Source: Myxococcota bacterium (GTDB taxonomy: Bacteria; Myxococcota_A; UBA9160; UBA6930). Taken from it: DNA of 64,000 nucleotides. A model generated the notes under the pieces. It worked only from the letters and a program-made list of their open reading frames with translations, was not told the DNA's origin and searched no databases. The number at the start of each line of letters is the position of its first letter. The first letter of the stretch is position 1. The DNA lies in the NCBI GenBank assembly GCA_965223705.1, contig OZ245015.1, positions 3,232,001 to 3,296,000 of the forward strand, written 5' to 3'. Shown piece after piece: positions 1 to 10,798 of the stretch. Both the position numbers and the translations under genes were made by a program.

Positions 1-682
1 CGTCTTCGGTCCCGCCCATCAATTGATACCAATGAGCGCCGACGTAAGGGGCGAACTCCCGCTTCCACTCGTAACGAAGACGCAAGCCGAGCTCGAGTTC
101 ACTCAGGCCACTGCCGATTCCGAACTCATCGGCGGACGACGCCGCTCCTTCGATCTCGAGTCGAGGCTCGAGAATTGCGCGTCGTGTGATCCGCACATCG
201 CGCGCCGCGGTCAAGCGCAACGAGAGGTCGCCGTCGTCGCTGAAGAACACCTCTGGCGTGAGATCAAAGCCGTAGGGCGCGTGCCCTCGGAAGCCTACCG
301 CGGCGAACGCACGTCCGCGGTCGGTCTCTGGCCCGAAAGCAAGATCCTGGCGAATCCCGAAACGGACGTCCCAAAACGGTGTCAGCGATCGGCCGTACAG
401 GAGTTGCACCTCTGCTTCGCCCCCCGCGGCGCGCGATGTGCGATGCTCGCCCTCCGTCCGGAGCCAGAGTTTGTGGAGGTCGCCACCGACGAACCCTTCG
501 ACCTCCCAACGCAGCAGCTCCTCCCCGTCACTCAGCCGGAACTCGAGCTGCTCGGCGATGAGGAAATGAAGAAGACGGTCGCCGTGCGGCATAGCGCCAT
601 GCCGGGTCGCTTGGGACGCCGCGCCCTCCGGGCACACGACGAAGAGGGCGACCATCAAAAACGCAGCGCACTTCTCGGTCAC
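1..682 (-). CDS. copB: Copper resistance protein B (outer-membrane CopB/PcoB), 3' end runs off the window
   Basis: Not in the ORF track because there is no stop in the window. Hand translation from GTG682 (GTGA overlap with the copA stop) gives a signal-like N-terminus, then ...WEVEGFVGGDLHKLWLRTEGE...LELGLRLRYEWKREFAPYVGAHW, which are typical CopB motifs. Confidence 0.9.
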   Translation of the reverse strand, partial: MTEKCAAFLMVALFVVCPEGAASQATRHGAMPHGDRLLHFLIAEQLEFRLSDGEELLRWEVEGFVGGDLHKLWLRTEGEHRTSRAAGGEAEVQLLYGRSLTPFWDVRFGIRQDLAFGPETDRGRAFAAVGFRGHAPYGFDLTPEVFFSDDGDLSLRLTAARDVRITRRAILEPRLEIEGAASSADEFGIGSGLSELELGLRLRYEWKREFAPYVGAHWYQLMGGTED

Positions 683-2427
683 GAAGCGTCTCGGGGCGGA
701 TTGCCCACCTCGATCACTCGAAACATGCCCATTTCCATGTGGTAGAGAAGGTGGCAGTGGAACGCCCAGGGGCCGGGTTCGACTGCATCGATTTGAAGTG
801 CCATTCGCTCCGCGGGTTTGACGCTGACCGTGTGCTTGAATGGTGCCTTCGGACCGTGCCCATTCTCGAGTTGCATGAACATGCCGTGCAGGTGAATCGG
901 ATGTTCCATCATCGTGTCATTCACCAAGATCAAACGAACGCGCTCGCCGTAGTTCCAGCGGATCGGACCATCGACTTCGGAAAACTTCTTGCCGTCGAAC
1001 GACCACATGTACCGTTCCATGTTTCCGGTCAAGTGAAGTTCGAGCTCTCGGTCAACGGGACGCTCGGGGAGCGGCGGTTCGAGGGCGCGGAGATCTCGAT
1101 ACACGAGCACACGGTGCGGTAGGCCGGCAAGGCCGATGCCGGGTTCGCCGAGCCGATCTCGCGAAAACTCGGCGACTCCGATGTTGCCGAAGCCGTGACG
1201 ATCGGGGCCGTGGGGGACGCCCATATCGACCATCGGATGGTGACCGTCCATCGAGCGGTGGCCCTCGTAGTGGTCGGCCTCCATCGAGCCGTGGCTCGCG
1301 TGGTGCCCCGGTGCCATCGCGTGCCCCATATCCGCCATCGTGCGAACGGGCGGTTCACGGAGCTCGGGAACGGCTGCTTCGGTGTGCGCTGCACCCGGAG
1401 AGAGCGTGCCCCGCGCAAATCCGCTCCGGTCCATCGACTCGGCGAATACGGTGTACGCGCGATCTTCGGTGGGCTCGACGACGACGTCGAATGTTTCGGC
1501 GACGCCGATCTGAAACTCATCCGTCTCGACCGGTTCGACCCGAGGACCGTCCGCCGCGACTACGGTCATTGGAAGTCCGGGAATCCGTACATTGAAGAAC
1601 GTCATCGCGGCGGCGTTGATGAATCGCAAGCGAACGCGCTCCCCGGGACGGAACGCGCCGGTCCAGTTGCCATCGGGGTGAACGCCGTTCATCAAATACG
1701 TGTAGGTGGCACCCGTGACGTCGGCGATATCCGTGGGGTCCATTCTCATGGCACTCCATGCAGCGCGATCCTTCCACGCTGCCGCGAGACCCGACGTCGC
1801 GGCGTCCTTCAGGAAATCGCCGAGCGTCTGGCTCGACGTGTTGTAGTAGTGGCTCAATTTCTTGAGTTTGTCCGCGACGGTGCGTGGATCTTCGAACGTC
1901 CAATCGGAAAGCAGCACGACGTAGTCTCGATCGATGTGAAGGTCGTCGTCTTTGGCGGGGTGAATGACGAGCGGGCCGTACGCACCCGATTGTTCCTGTA
2001 GCCCGGAGTGACTGTGGTACCAGTACGTTCCGTTTTGCCGGACGGGGAAGCGCGCCTCGAACGACTCTCCCGGCGCGACTCCCGGGAACACGACGCCGGG
2101 GACACCGTCCATTTCGAACGGCAAGAGAATGCCGTGCCAGTGAATCGACGTGTCGACCGCCATTTCGTTGGTCACCCGAAGCACCGCGTCTTCGCCCTCG
2201 CGCAACTCGATCAGCGGTCCGGGAACCGAGCCGTTGATCGTCACCGCGGAGCCCGTTCCGCCGGCAATCGAAATCGCTTCCGCGCGAACCGCGAGTTCTC
2301 GCGCACCCCGCCCAGCCCCAACACGGGCGTCGAATGGCTTGGGGAGGGGCCCAGCCCACGATGCGGTTGAACGTCCGCCGAGCAGGCTCGCGGCGACGGC
2401 TCCTTGAATAAAACGTCGTCGATTCAT
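679..2427 (-). CDS. copA: Copper-resistance multicopper oxidase, CopA/PcoA family, Tat-exported
   Basis: RRRFI Tat signal; Cu-binding motifs HWHG, WYHSH, HPIHLHG and HCHLLYHM; His/Met-rich insert. Confidence 0.95.
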   Translation of the reverse strand: MNRRRFIQGAVAASLLGGRSTASWAGPLPKPFDARVGAGRGARELAVRAEAISIAGGTGSAVTINGSVPGPLIELREGEDAVLRVTNEMAVDTSIHWHGILLPFEMDGVPGVVFPGVAPGESFEARFPVRQNGTYWYHSHSGLQEQSGAYGPLVIHPAKDDDLHIDRDYVVLLSDWTFEDPRTVADKLKKLSHYYNTSSQTLGDFLKDAATSGLAAAWKDRAAWSAMRMDPTDIADVTGATYTYLMNGVHPDGNWTGAFRPGERVRLRFINAAAMTFFNVRIPGLPMTVVAADGPRVEPVETDEFQIGVAETFDVVVEPTEDRAYTVFAESMDRSGFARGTLSPGAAHTEAAVPELREPPVRTMADMGHAMAPGHHASHGSMEADHYEGHRSMDGHHPMVDMGVPHGPDRHGFGNIGVAEFSRDRLGEPGIGLAGLPHRVLVYRDLRALEPPLPERPVDRELELHLTGNMERYMWSFDGKKFSEVDGPIRWNYGERVRLILVNDTMMEHPIHLHGMFMQLENGHGPKAPFKHTVSVKPAERMALQIDAVEPGPWAFHCHLLYHMEMGMFRVIEVGNPPRDAS

Positions 2428-4697
2428 ATCGCCTGTGCTCCGGCGATCTTGCGAAGGCGAAGTGCGTTCGAGATCACGGATAGCGAGCTCAGACTCATGG
2501 CTGCCGCGGCGAGAATCGGGCTCATGACCACACCCAGAATCGGATAGAGCGCGCCGGCCGCGACGGGAACGCCGAGAGCGTTGTAGACGAACGCGAAGAA
2601 GAGATTTTGGCGAACGTTCGCCATCGCCATACGGCTGAGACGTCGGGCCCGAAGGAGCGCGCGTAGATCGCCTCGGAGAAGCGTCACCCCTGCCGATTCA
2701 ATCGCGATATCGGTACCGGTTCCCATCGCGACCCCCACGTTCGCTTCGGCGAGCGCAGGCGCATCGTTGATCCCGTCTCCGGCCATCCCGACGATGCGGC
2801 CCTCGGCTCGGAAGTCCCGGATCACCGCCGCCTTTTCTGCGGGGAGCACGCCGGCGCGTACCTCATCGATGGAAAGCGCTTCGGCTACGTGCTCTGCGGG
2901 GGCGAGATCGTCCCCGGTCAACATCACGATGCGCAAACCCTCGGCCCGAAGGGCGGCCACGACCTCGCGCGACCCCTCCTTCAGGGGGTCCGCGACGGAA
3001 AAGACGCCGACGAACTGCCCGTCGACCGCGACCGGGAGCGACGTCTCGGGGCCGCTCCCCCCGGTCGGCTCCGGGACATCTGTCCCCCCGTCGCGAAGGA
3101 ACGACGCTTTGCCAATAGCGACCCGATGCCCGGCGACCCGCCCTCGCACGCCTCGCCCAGGCTGATAGTCGAAATCTTCGACCTTCTCGAGCGGAAGTCC
3201 GCGCTCTCTCGCCGCGTGGACGAGAGCGAGGCCAACGGGATGCTCACTGAGGGATTCGACGCTCGCCGCAAGCTGCAGGAGCCTCGCTTCGTCGAAGCGG
3301 CCCACGGTCGTCGTGCGAACGAGTGCGGGTTTGCCTTCGGTCAGTGTGCCCGTCTTATCGACCACCAATGTGTCGACGTCGCCCAAGACTTCGAGAGCCT
3401 CGGCGCTTCGAAAAAGCGCACCCTGGGTCGCTCCAATTCCCATCGCCACCATCATCGACATCGGAGTCGCCAGTCCCAGAGCACACGGACACGCGATGAT
3501 GAGAACCGCGACGGCGCTGACGATGCCGTGAGTCAGTCGCGGTTCGGGACCCCAAAGAGCCCAGGCGACCAACGCCGCCAAGGCAACGGCGACCACCGCC
3601 GGAACAAACACCCCGGCGACGCGATCCGCGACCGATTGGATCGGCGCCCTCGTTCGCTGGGCGGTGGCGACGAGTGCGATGATCTGCGACAGCACCGTGT
3701 CCTGGCCCACCCGCTCGGCGCGAATGACCAAGGCACCGGTGGTGTTGATCGTGCCACCGATCACTTCGGCGCCGACGGCCTTCCCAACCGGTAGCGGCTC
3801 GCCGCTCACCATCGACTCGTCGAGAAAACTCGTGCCTTCGAGTACGACACCATCGACCGGGACGCTCTCCCCCGGGCGAACGCGCAACCGATCGCCCACG
3901 GCGACCGCGTCGAGAGGAACCGCTCGCTCGGCTCCGCTCTCTTCCAGCCGATTCGCTGTCCGCGGGGCGAGTTCGAGCAGCGCTCGAATCTCTCCACCCG
4001 TCCGATGCCGCGCGCGCAGCTCGAGAACCTGTCCCAAAAGAACGAGCGTGACGATGGCCGCCGCCGCTTCGAAATACACGGGGACGCCGCCGCCCGGCGC
4101 GCGAAAAGCGGGGGGGAACGTGTCCGGAACGAGAAGGGCCGCGACACTGAAACCGAAGGCTGCTCCCACCCCGATCGCGATCAGGGTGAACATGTTGGGG
4201 TTCCGTTCGACAATCGACGACCAACCGCGCTGGAGGAGAGGCGCTCCTGCCCACAACACCACAGGTGTCGCAAGGACGGCTTGCGCGATGTGTGCCACGG
4301 TCGACGGCACGGCGTTCATCCACGGTCGGCCGGGCAACATATCGAGCATCGCGATGGTGACCGCGGGCACCGCCAACGCCGCGCTCACGCGAAACCGCCG
4401 CGTCATGTCGATCAACTCTTCCGAAGGGCCCTCATCTCGTGTCGGCATCAAGGGCTCGAGGCCCATCCCGCAAACGGGACAGCTCTCGAACGCATCGCGC
4501 ACTACTTCGGGGTGCATGGGACACGTAAAGGGACCCTCCGAATCTTTGGGGGCGGAGAAATCCGCGTCCGGGTCCTCGAGAAACCGCGCGAGGCAGCGCG
4601 ATGAGCAGAAGGCGTAGCGCTCGCCGGCGTGGACCGTTTCGTGGTCTCCTCCGGTAGCGACCGTCATGCCGCAGACGGGATCGCGCAGGGAAGCCAA
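2424..4697 (-). CDS. Cu(I)/Ag(I)-translocating P1B-type ATPase with N-terminal YHS and CPMHP metal-binding domains
   Basis: [50 protein letters not shown] and MSLSS motifs; TTG start. Confidence 0.95.
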   Translation of the reverse strand: MASLRDPVCGMTVATGGDHETVHAGERYAFCSSRCLARFLEDPDADFSAPKDSEGPFTCPMHPEVVRDAFESCPVCGMGLEPLMPTRDEGPSEELIDMTRRFRVSAALAVPAVTIAMLDMLPGRPWMNAVPSTVAHIAQAVLATPVVLWAGAPLLQRGWSSIVERNPNMFTLIAIGVGAAFGFSVAALLVPDTFPPAFRAPGGGVPVYFEAAAAIVTLVLLGQVLELRARHRTGGEIRALLELAPRTANRLEESGAERAVPLDAVAVGDRLRVRPGESVPVDGVVLEGTSFLDESMVSGEPLPVGKAVGAEVIGGTINTTGALVIRAERVGQDTVLSQIIALVATAQRTRAPIQSVADRVAGVFVPAVVAVALAALVAWALWGPEPRLTHGIVSAVAVLIIACPCALGLATPMSMMVAMGIGATQGALFRSAEALEVLGDVDTLVVDKTGTLTEGKPALVRTTTVGRFDEARLLQLAASVESLSEHPVGLALVHAARERGLPLEKVEDFDYQPGRGVRGRVAGHRVAIGKASFLRDGGTDVPEPTGGSGPETSLPVAVDGQFVGVFSVADPLKEGSREVVAALRAEGLRIVMLTGDDLAPAEHVAEALSIDEVRAGVLPAEKAAVIRDFRAEGRIVGMAGDGINDAPALAEANVGVAMGTGTDIAIESAGVTLLRGDLRALLRARRLSRMAMANVRQNLFFAFVYNALGVPVAAGALYPILGVVMSPILAAAAMSLSSLSVISNALRLRKIAGAQAI

Positions 4698-4985
4698 CTA
4701 ACGCCCCCCGATGTGAGCGAAGCGGGAGAACACCTCGATCAGCTCGTCGAGCTTTTCCCTGCGCTCCTTGGCGCGGCCACTCTGGATGGCGTCGGCGACG
4801 CACGTCTCGACGTGCCCTTCGAGCAGCAGCTTGCCCGCCTTGTCGAGAGCCCCCCGCACGGCTGCGATCTGGAGCAGCACATCAACGCAGTAGCGATCCT
4901 CTTCGACCATGCGTTCGATTGCGGCCACCTGGCCGGCAATTTTCCGGAGACGCCGCCCCGCTTGGTCTCGGACTTCGGGTGTCAT
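4698..4985 (-). CDS. csoR: CsoR-family copper-sensing transcriptional repressor
   Basis: [30 protein letters not shown] gives the C-H-C Cu(I) fingerprint; first gene of the cop operon. Confidence 0.9.
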   Translation of the reverse strand: MTPEVRDQAGRRLRKIAGQVAAIERMVEEDRYCVDVLLQIAAVRGALDKAGKLLLEGHVETCVADAIQSGRAKERREKLDELIEVFSRFAHIGGR

Positions 4986-4991
4986 GACGAC

Positions 4992-5020
4992 ACCCTATAC
5001 CCCTATGGGGTATACCGCAA
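4992..5020 (-). promoter_or_regulatory. csoR promoter (TTGCGG-17-TAGGGT) with a CsoR operator between -35 and -10
   Basis: Perfect inverted repeat TATACCCC-TAT-GGGGTATA at 4996-5014 with the C/G-tract form typical of CsoR operators; the -10 ends 6 nt before the ATG. Confidence 0.85.
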
Positions 5021-5026
5021 CAACAC

Positions 5027-5845
5027 CTACCAGCTGTTCCGGAGCTCGCGCAGCTTCAGGAACACTTCCTTGGGAGACGCCTTCTCGGAAAGCTCGGGAA
5101 AACGCTCCCGGAGCCTCGCGATCACGCTCGCACTGGTCAGGCGGAAAAAGGTGTTGAATTCCTTTTCGTCCGCGAGGGAAGTAACCCGGGCCCGTTCCGG
5201 GTCGTGGTTCTTCTCGAGATCGGCGAGCAGGGCCGCTGCCGTCTCGTTGTCGGGCTCGCGGTCCAAGGTGAACTGCAAATTGTTCGTGATGTAGTCGTGT
5301 CCCGGGTAGATCAACGTCGTGTCGGGCAGTTCCGAGAGCTGCCGCGCGAATGTCTCATACAGCTCCTCGGGATGGCCACCCCCATGGCAGTTCCCAGCGC
5401 CCGCATTGAACAGCGTATCGCCGCTAAAGAGCGCCGGTGTATCCGTCTTCGACAGGAGGCACACGTGGCTCATCGTGTGACCCGGCGTATCGAGAGCGAG
5501 AAGCTCGACGGTTTTGCCCACGCGGATCACGTCCCCAGCGGACAATCCGCGATCGATGCCCTTGATGCGCGGGCCGGCGTTGCTGTGGGCCAGGAGCTTC
5601 GCCCCCGTGGCTTCGATCAGTGGGCCGTTCCCTCCGGTGTGATCTCCGTGCTCGTGCGTATTCACGATTTGAGTGATCCGCCAGCCCTTGGCTTCCGCGC
5701 GGGCGAGGCACTTCTCGTAGTCGAGGGGATCGACCGCCAGCGCCTCCCCGCTCTCTCCGCACGCGATCAGATAGTTGAAGTTGCGGTAGTCGTTTCCAGT
5801 CCAGATCTGCTCGACGATCAAAGGATGCTCCTCGGGTGCGGACAA
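5027..5845 (-). CDS. gloB: Hydroxyacylglutathione hydrolase (glyoxalase II)-like metallo-beta-lactamase fold protein
   Basis: THEHGDHTGG, TPGHT, FSGDTLF and YPGHDY motifs; C-terminal EKEFNTFFR...LRELRNSW. Confidence 0.8.
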   Translation of the reverse strand: MSAPEEHPLIVEQIWTGNDYRNFNYLIACGESGEALAVDPLDYEKCLARAEAKGWRITQIVNTHEHGDHTGGNGPLIEATGAKLLAHSNAGPRIKGIDRGLSAGDVIRVGKTVELLALDTPGHTMSHVCLLSKTDTPALFSGDTLFNAGAGNCHGGGHPEELYETFARQLSELPDTTLIYPGHDYITNNLQFTLDREPDNETAAALLADLEKNHDPERARVTSLADEKEFNTFFRLTSASVIARLRERFPELSEKASPKEVFLKLRELRNSW

Positions 5846-5866
5846 ATGTCCGGCTTGGCTCGCGCG

Positions 5867-5876
5867 ATTCTATAAT
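5867..5876. promoter_or_regulatory. Overlapping divergent -10 boxes (TATAAT on +, TAGAAT on -)
   Basis: ATTCTATAAT in the 57-bp gap between divergent genes. Confidence 0.5.
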
Positions 5877-5902
5877 GTACCGGACCCACTCGGGAGGGAA
5901 GG

Positions 5903-6268
5903 ATGAGCAACGCCGAAGCTGTCTTTCAACATCACCTGGCCGCATTCGCAGAAGGTGACATCGACGAAATCCTGAAGGACTACACCGAGGAGACGATCGT
6001 GATCTACGACGATCGGGTGGCCCGAGGAATCGACGAAATTCGGAAGTTCTTCGCCCACTGGATCGACGATCTCCTGCCCCCGGGCTGCCGCTTCGACCTG
6101 GAGCGAATGCAAGTCGAAGACGACCTCGTATTCATTACCTGGACCGCGGAAAGCGAGCGCCTCCTCTTCGAACTCGGAACCGACACGTTTCTCATTCGAG
6201 ACGGCAAGGTCGTTCGCCAAACCGTTGCCGCAAAGATCCGCGCAAAGGATGCGGCCGGAGTTTCGTGA
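5903..6268 (+). CDS. SnoaL/NTF2-like protein
   Basis: HHLAAF..GDIDEILKDY..GTDTFLIRDGKVVRQT; SD GGAGGGAAGG. Confidence 0.85.
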   Translation: MSNAEAVFQHHLAAFAEGDIDEILKDYTEETIVIYDDRVARGIDEIRKFFAHWIDDLLPPGCRFDLERMQVEDDLVFITWTAESERLLFELGTDTFLIRDGKVVRQTVAAKIRAKDAAGVS

Positions 6269-7413
6269 GCGCACTTCGCCGCATCAACGTGAGCTCCGGG
6301 CGACCCCTCGAAGCGAGGGCGTACTACTCCCGCGCGCTGCGGGTGGGAAACTCGGTCCTTCAGTCCGGTACGACATCGATCGACCGCGAGGGAAACGTGC
6401 TCGGCGAGGACGACGTCGCCACACAAGTCCGGGTCATCCTCGAGCTCGCGCGCCAGAGCATGGGTGCCGCCGAGGGCAACTTTCGGGACGTGGTTCGCGC
6501 GAGACTTCATCTGACGGGATCGGCCGAGGAGTCGCGCGCCGTCGCGACCCTCCTGGCCGGCCTCGACGGCGCTCGACCCGTGCTGACGGTCGTTCCGGTC
6601 AGTCGCCTCGCGCGTCCGTCACAGCTCGTCGAAATCGAGCTCGAGGCCATCGACGATGCCTCACAGCGCGCGACCCGCCTAGGCGACGGGCCGGCCGCGG
6701 AAACTCTGCGAATGGGCGACCGAGTGTTCGTCGGGGGGCGCTCCGACGGCTCCGGACTGATGCCGGAAGTACAAGTCGAAAAGACCCTCGCAGCGATCGG
6801 GGAGCAGCTCGCGAATGCCGGCGCGGCGCTCGAAGACTGGGTTTGCGCACGTGCATTTGTCACGGAACCCCTCTCCTTCAAGGGCTACCGAGACGCGGCG
6901 CGAGAGGCCCTCCATGGCGTGCGACCGGCGGGGTCGATCTTCGGAGTCTCTTCTCTCGGCGGTGCGGCGGTGCGAATCGAAGGCGAGGCGGTTATCGGCG
7001 CAGGTTCCCGGCGAACGGACTACGGCGGTTCCGATCTCCTGCCCTTCTCCCGGTGCGTGCGCGCCTTCGATCGGATCTTTGTCGCGGCGTCGGGAAGCGT
7101 CGACACCGACAACGCCATCCCGGTGGGAGATTGGGGAGGGCAACGGGACCGATGCACAGAAGCGTTGGAGCGCCAGCTCGTCGAGGCCGGCGCCAGCCTC
7201 GATGATGTCGTCGTCCGCCGCTACTTCACCCGCGCCGATGCCGACATGAACCGAGGCTACGGCGACGGGCCTTCGTGGTTCAAAGGGACGCGACCCGTCG
7301 CCCTCGGTTGCCGCGTTTCCCATCACGCGGACCCGGCGATACTCATTTCACTGGAGGCGGAGGCGCGCGTCGGAGCCGCGCAGCACATCGAATGGAGGGA
7401 GATCGCGGTCTAG
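6265..7413 (+). CDS. Rid (YjgF/YER057c/UK114) protein with three tandem domains
   Basis: Three repeats of (Y/F)SRxxRxGxxVxxSG...(I/V)ExEA: YSRALRVG..VEIELEA, TLRMGDRVFVGG..IEGEA, FSRCVRAFDRIFV..ISLEAEA. Confidence 0.8.
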   Translation: MSALRRINVSSGRPLEARAYYSRALRVGNSVLQSGTTSIDREGNVLGEDDVATQVRVILELARQSMGAAEGNFRDVVRARLHLTGSAEESRAVATLLAGLDGARPVLTVVPVSRLARPSQLVEIELEAIDDASQRATRLGDGPAAETLRMGDRVFVGGRSDGSGLMPEVQVEKTLAAIGEQLANAGAALEDWVCARAFVTEPLSFKGYRDAAREALHGVRPAGSIFGVSSLGGAAVRIEGEAVIGAGSRRTDYGGSDLLPFSRCVRAFDRIFVAASGSVDTDNAIPVGDWGGQRDRCTEALERQLVEAGASLDDVVVRRYFTRADADMNRGYGDGPSWFKGTRPVALGCRVSHHADPAILISLEAEARVGAAQHIEWREIAV

Positions 7414-8210
7414 AGCACTGCGAGGATCCGGAGTTCGATGCTGCGCCGCCCCAACGCGTCAGGCGGCGCGGTCGGGTCATCGAACGACGTGTGTGGACAC
7501 ACGAATGCGCGGTCCGCACGCGGATCGAACTGCTTGAACACGATCGCCTCGTCTGGCTGCATTTTCGGGAAGTAGCAAAAGCGGTGGTTCGCGTTGAACA
7601 CCGGCACCGAAGATACAGCGTCTCTTCCAGCGGCGGCGTAGACGTAATCCACCAAGTCGTCGCGCGACAGAGTCGCCGCATCGATCAGCGTGAGCGGGTT
7701 CTGCTGCACTTCACGCTCGATGGGTTGCCACACGTTGAGCCAGACGAAATCGCGGTGCGCGACTCGGTCCGGAGAGGTCCCCACGTGGGTCGCATACATC
7801 CTCTGAGCGATCTCGACAGCCAACTCGGCGCTGTAGTCGCAGTGTACGAACCGCGCGTACGCGTCGTTGAAGTCCTCGGGATTCTCCGTTCGAACGACGT
7901 GCTGCAGAAAGAGTACTTCCGAGGCGCCGGTGAACCCCCGAACGCGCTCGGCCCATTCGGCGTAGTAGCGCCCCTCGACTTCTTCGGCGTTGCGGAAATC
8001 CGAAACATCCGTCCGGTGGCGTGTGAGAAGGAAACCCGATCGGTCGAGATCGAGCTCGCCCGCGACGCTCCGGGGGCGCGCATCGGTGATGATGACCTCG
8101 CGGAACTCGGTCATCTCCCGCCGGCTCTCTCGGGATCCGATCCGCGGGAGCTCTTCGCGACCCTTCCACTCCGACTTCAAGTAGCGAACGTTTGCCCGGA
8201 TTTCGGCCAC
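7410..8210 (-). CDS. CmcJ/NvfI/AsaB-family oxidoreductase
   Basis: LDRSGF, ARFVHCDY, NVWQPI, NPLTLIDA, FKQFD, PHTSFDDP and RRSIELR motifs. Confidence 0.85.
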   Translation of the reverse strand: MAEIRANVRYLKSEWKGREELPRIGSRESRREMTEFREVIITDARPRSVAGELDLDRSGFLLTRHRTDVSDFRNAEEVEGRYYAEWAERVRGFTGASEVLFLQHVVRTENPEDFNDAYARFVHCDYSAELAVEIAQRMYATHVGTSPDRVAHRDFVWLNVWQPIEREVQQNPLTLIDAATLSRDDLVDYVYAAAGRDAVSSVPVFNANHRFCYFPKMQPDEAIVFKQFDPRADRAFVCPHTSFDDPTAPPDALGRRSIELRILAVL

Positions 8211-8255
8211 GGCGGTTCCTCTTCGTTCCTACTGTAGCTTCCGCCGAACCAGAGG

Positions 8256-9530
8256 CTACGAGGGCATGGACTTCAAGTAAGCGCGCAGGCCCTCGTTCGC
8301 GTCCGTCAGCCGCTCCCGATCCGCTACGTCGAGATATTCCGTATCGGGTGAGTTCGCGTGGTGCGCCAGATCTTGCGTCCAGGGTTGCCCGCGTTCGCGC
8401 GCCGATTCTGCCAAGACGCGATTCAGCTTCTTTCCGGATACGAGACAGCTTCGATGCTCGAGCGCCCAAGCGCGCGGTTGAAACGTATTCTCCCCGCGTG
8501 CCATCTCCGCGATCGTTCGGGCCAGACGGCCTTCCGGAACGACACGACCGGTGTCTTCGACGATATTCTTGTGGATCCCGCCTACGTGATCGTCGAGTGA
8601 GATCACCGGAACGTCGCAGAACATGCTCTCCGATAGCGCGCGGTTGCTTCCCTCCTTGAGACTCAGCAGCACAGAGCAGCGTGCCCGGCACGTGACATTC
8701 ATGACTTCTTCGAACGGGATCCGCTCGAAGAACGAGATCTGAGAGCGCACTCCGAAGTGTTCCGCGAGTCGTTCGATATCGACGCGGGTCCCCCCTTCCC
8801 AAGGCCCGCCGATGAGAGCCACCCGGTAGGTGGGATCGAGTTCGGTCAGAGAGCGAAACAACACGTGATGGCGTTTTGAGGGCCCCCAGTGGGAGTTCAT
8901 GACGAGATCGAATTCTTTCGGTTGCCCGAGGTAGGGCTCGGCAATGGAGGGATCGACCCAATCGCAAGGGCCGAGTGGAATCGGAACGAGATTGCTGTCG
9001 AGCCTTTCCAAAAACGTGAAGTCGCCTGCTTCGCCCGACAAGACGAAAATTGGATCGTCGAACTGCGTGTAGTAGAGAAGGTCCCGATCGAAGTAGCCCG
9101 ACCACGACGGCTCGAGCACCAATGTGTAGTCGTCGAGTAGCCGCCGCACATCGAGTTGGGCAGCGATCGCCGAGAGGAGCTCGGAAAACATGACGAACAG
9201 CACTCCCCGCTCGTCGCTCTTCGGGGCCTTCAACACCAGGAGGCGGCGGCCGAAGACAGACTCGAGAGGCACGGTGCTTCCGGTGGTGGCGGCGTGGGCA
9301 AGAGGCAGGAGTTCTTCCAGGTGTCCTTCACAGCGCTCGCGTATACCCGGCACGCGCGCCATGCGGTGCGCCCGGGAGATCAGCGACAGCGCTCGCTCCG
9401 AATCGCCGAGCGCCCCCAGAGCGCGACCCAAGGGATAGGCGAACCGGCTGATGGCGCTCGACCGGGTGACCCAGTCTGTGAGGTCGCGCAGGCCCAGGAC
9501 GACCGGTATCGGTAGCGCGCTTCGAAACAT
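8256..9530 (-). CDS. Glycosyltransferase, GT-B (GT4-like)
   Basis: C-terminal KRHH..LLSLKEGSNRALSESMFCDVPVI (EX7E motif); SD GAGGGGG. Confidence 0.75.
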   Translation of the reverse strand: MFRSALPIPVVLGLRDLTDWVTRSSAISRFAYPLGRALGALGDSERALSLISRAHRMARVPGIRERCEGHLEELLPLAHAATTGSTVPLESVFGRRLLVLKAPKSDERGVLFVMFSELLSAIAAQLDVRRLLDDYTLVLEPSWSGYFDRDLLYYTQFDDPIFVLSGEAGDFTFLERLDSNLVPIPLGPCDWVDPSIAEPYLGQPKEFDLVMNSHWGPSKRHHVLFRSLTELDPTYRVALIGGPWEGGTRVDIERLAEHFGVRSQISFFERIPFEEVMNVTCRARCSVLLSLKEGSNRALSESMFCDVPVISLDDHVGGIHKNIVEDTGRVVPEGRLARTIAEMARGENTFQPRAWALEHRSCLVSGKKLNRVLAESARERGQPWTQDLAHHANSPDTEYLDVADRERLTDANEGLRAYLKSMPS

Positions 9531-9585
9531 GTCCCCCTCAACGACTCGGCGGAGTATTGCGAATCGATTCGTATCGACCCAGGCG

Positions 9586-9615
9586 TTGACCCACTCCTAG
9601 TGGACGCCGTAGTCT
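9586..9615 (+). promoter_or_regulatory. Sigma70-type promoter TTGACC-18-TAGTCT, probably leaderless
   Basis: The -10 ends 7 nt before GTG9623 and there is no SD. Confidence 0.55.
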
Positions 9616-9622
9616 TCGCTTT

Positions 9623-10024
9623 GTGACAAAGACAAACGACAACAAAGCTCTCATCGAATCGATGTACCGCGCTCTCGCAGAGCATCAACCCGAGGGATTT
9701 CTCGACAGTCTCGCCGAGAACGTTCGCTGGACGATTATCGGAACGACCGAGTTCTCGAGAACCTATGAAGGAAAAACAGCGCTGATCAAAGGGTTGCTCG
9801 AGCCGTTTATGGCGAAAATGGACGGCCCCGCCGTGATCGAGCCGACGAATCTCATCGCGGAAGGTGACTTCGTCGCGATGGAGTCTCGCGGACGCGCGCG
9901 AACGGTCTACGCGAAGGACTACAACAACACCTACTGTCATATCTTCCGAATTCGCGACGCGAAAGTCGTCGAAGTCACGGAATACTTGGACACCGAGCTC
10001 GTAACCGAAGCCTTTAGCCCCTAG
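9623..10024 (+). CDS. SnoaL/ketosteroid-isomerase-like NTF2 protein
   Basis: LIAEGDFVAME..YNNTYCHIFRIRDAKVVEVTEYLDT. Confidence 0.85.
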   Translation: MTKTNDNKALIESMYRALAEHQPEGFLDSLAENVRWTIIGTTEFSRTYEGKTALIKGLLEPFMAKMDGPAVIEPTNLIAEGDFVAMESRGRARTVYAKDYNNTYCHIFRIRDAKVVEVTEYLDTELVTEAFSP

Positions 10025-10026
10025 CT

Positions 10027-10779
<753 letters not shown>

Positions 10780-10798
10780 GGCTGGTACAATCGGACCC

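Noticed and set aside
23..745. 240-aa plus-strand ORF
   Set aside because: It is the antisense shadow of copB, whose motifs are clear on the minus strand.
7410..7413. 4-nt shared stop overlaps of convergent genes (also 27526, 45370, 49057)
   Set aside because: This is a common feature of compact genomes and not a system in itself.
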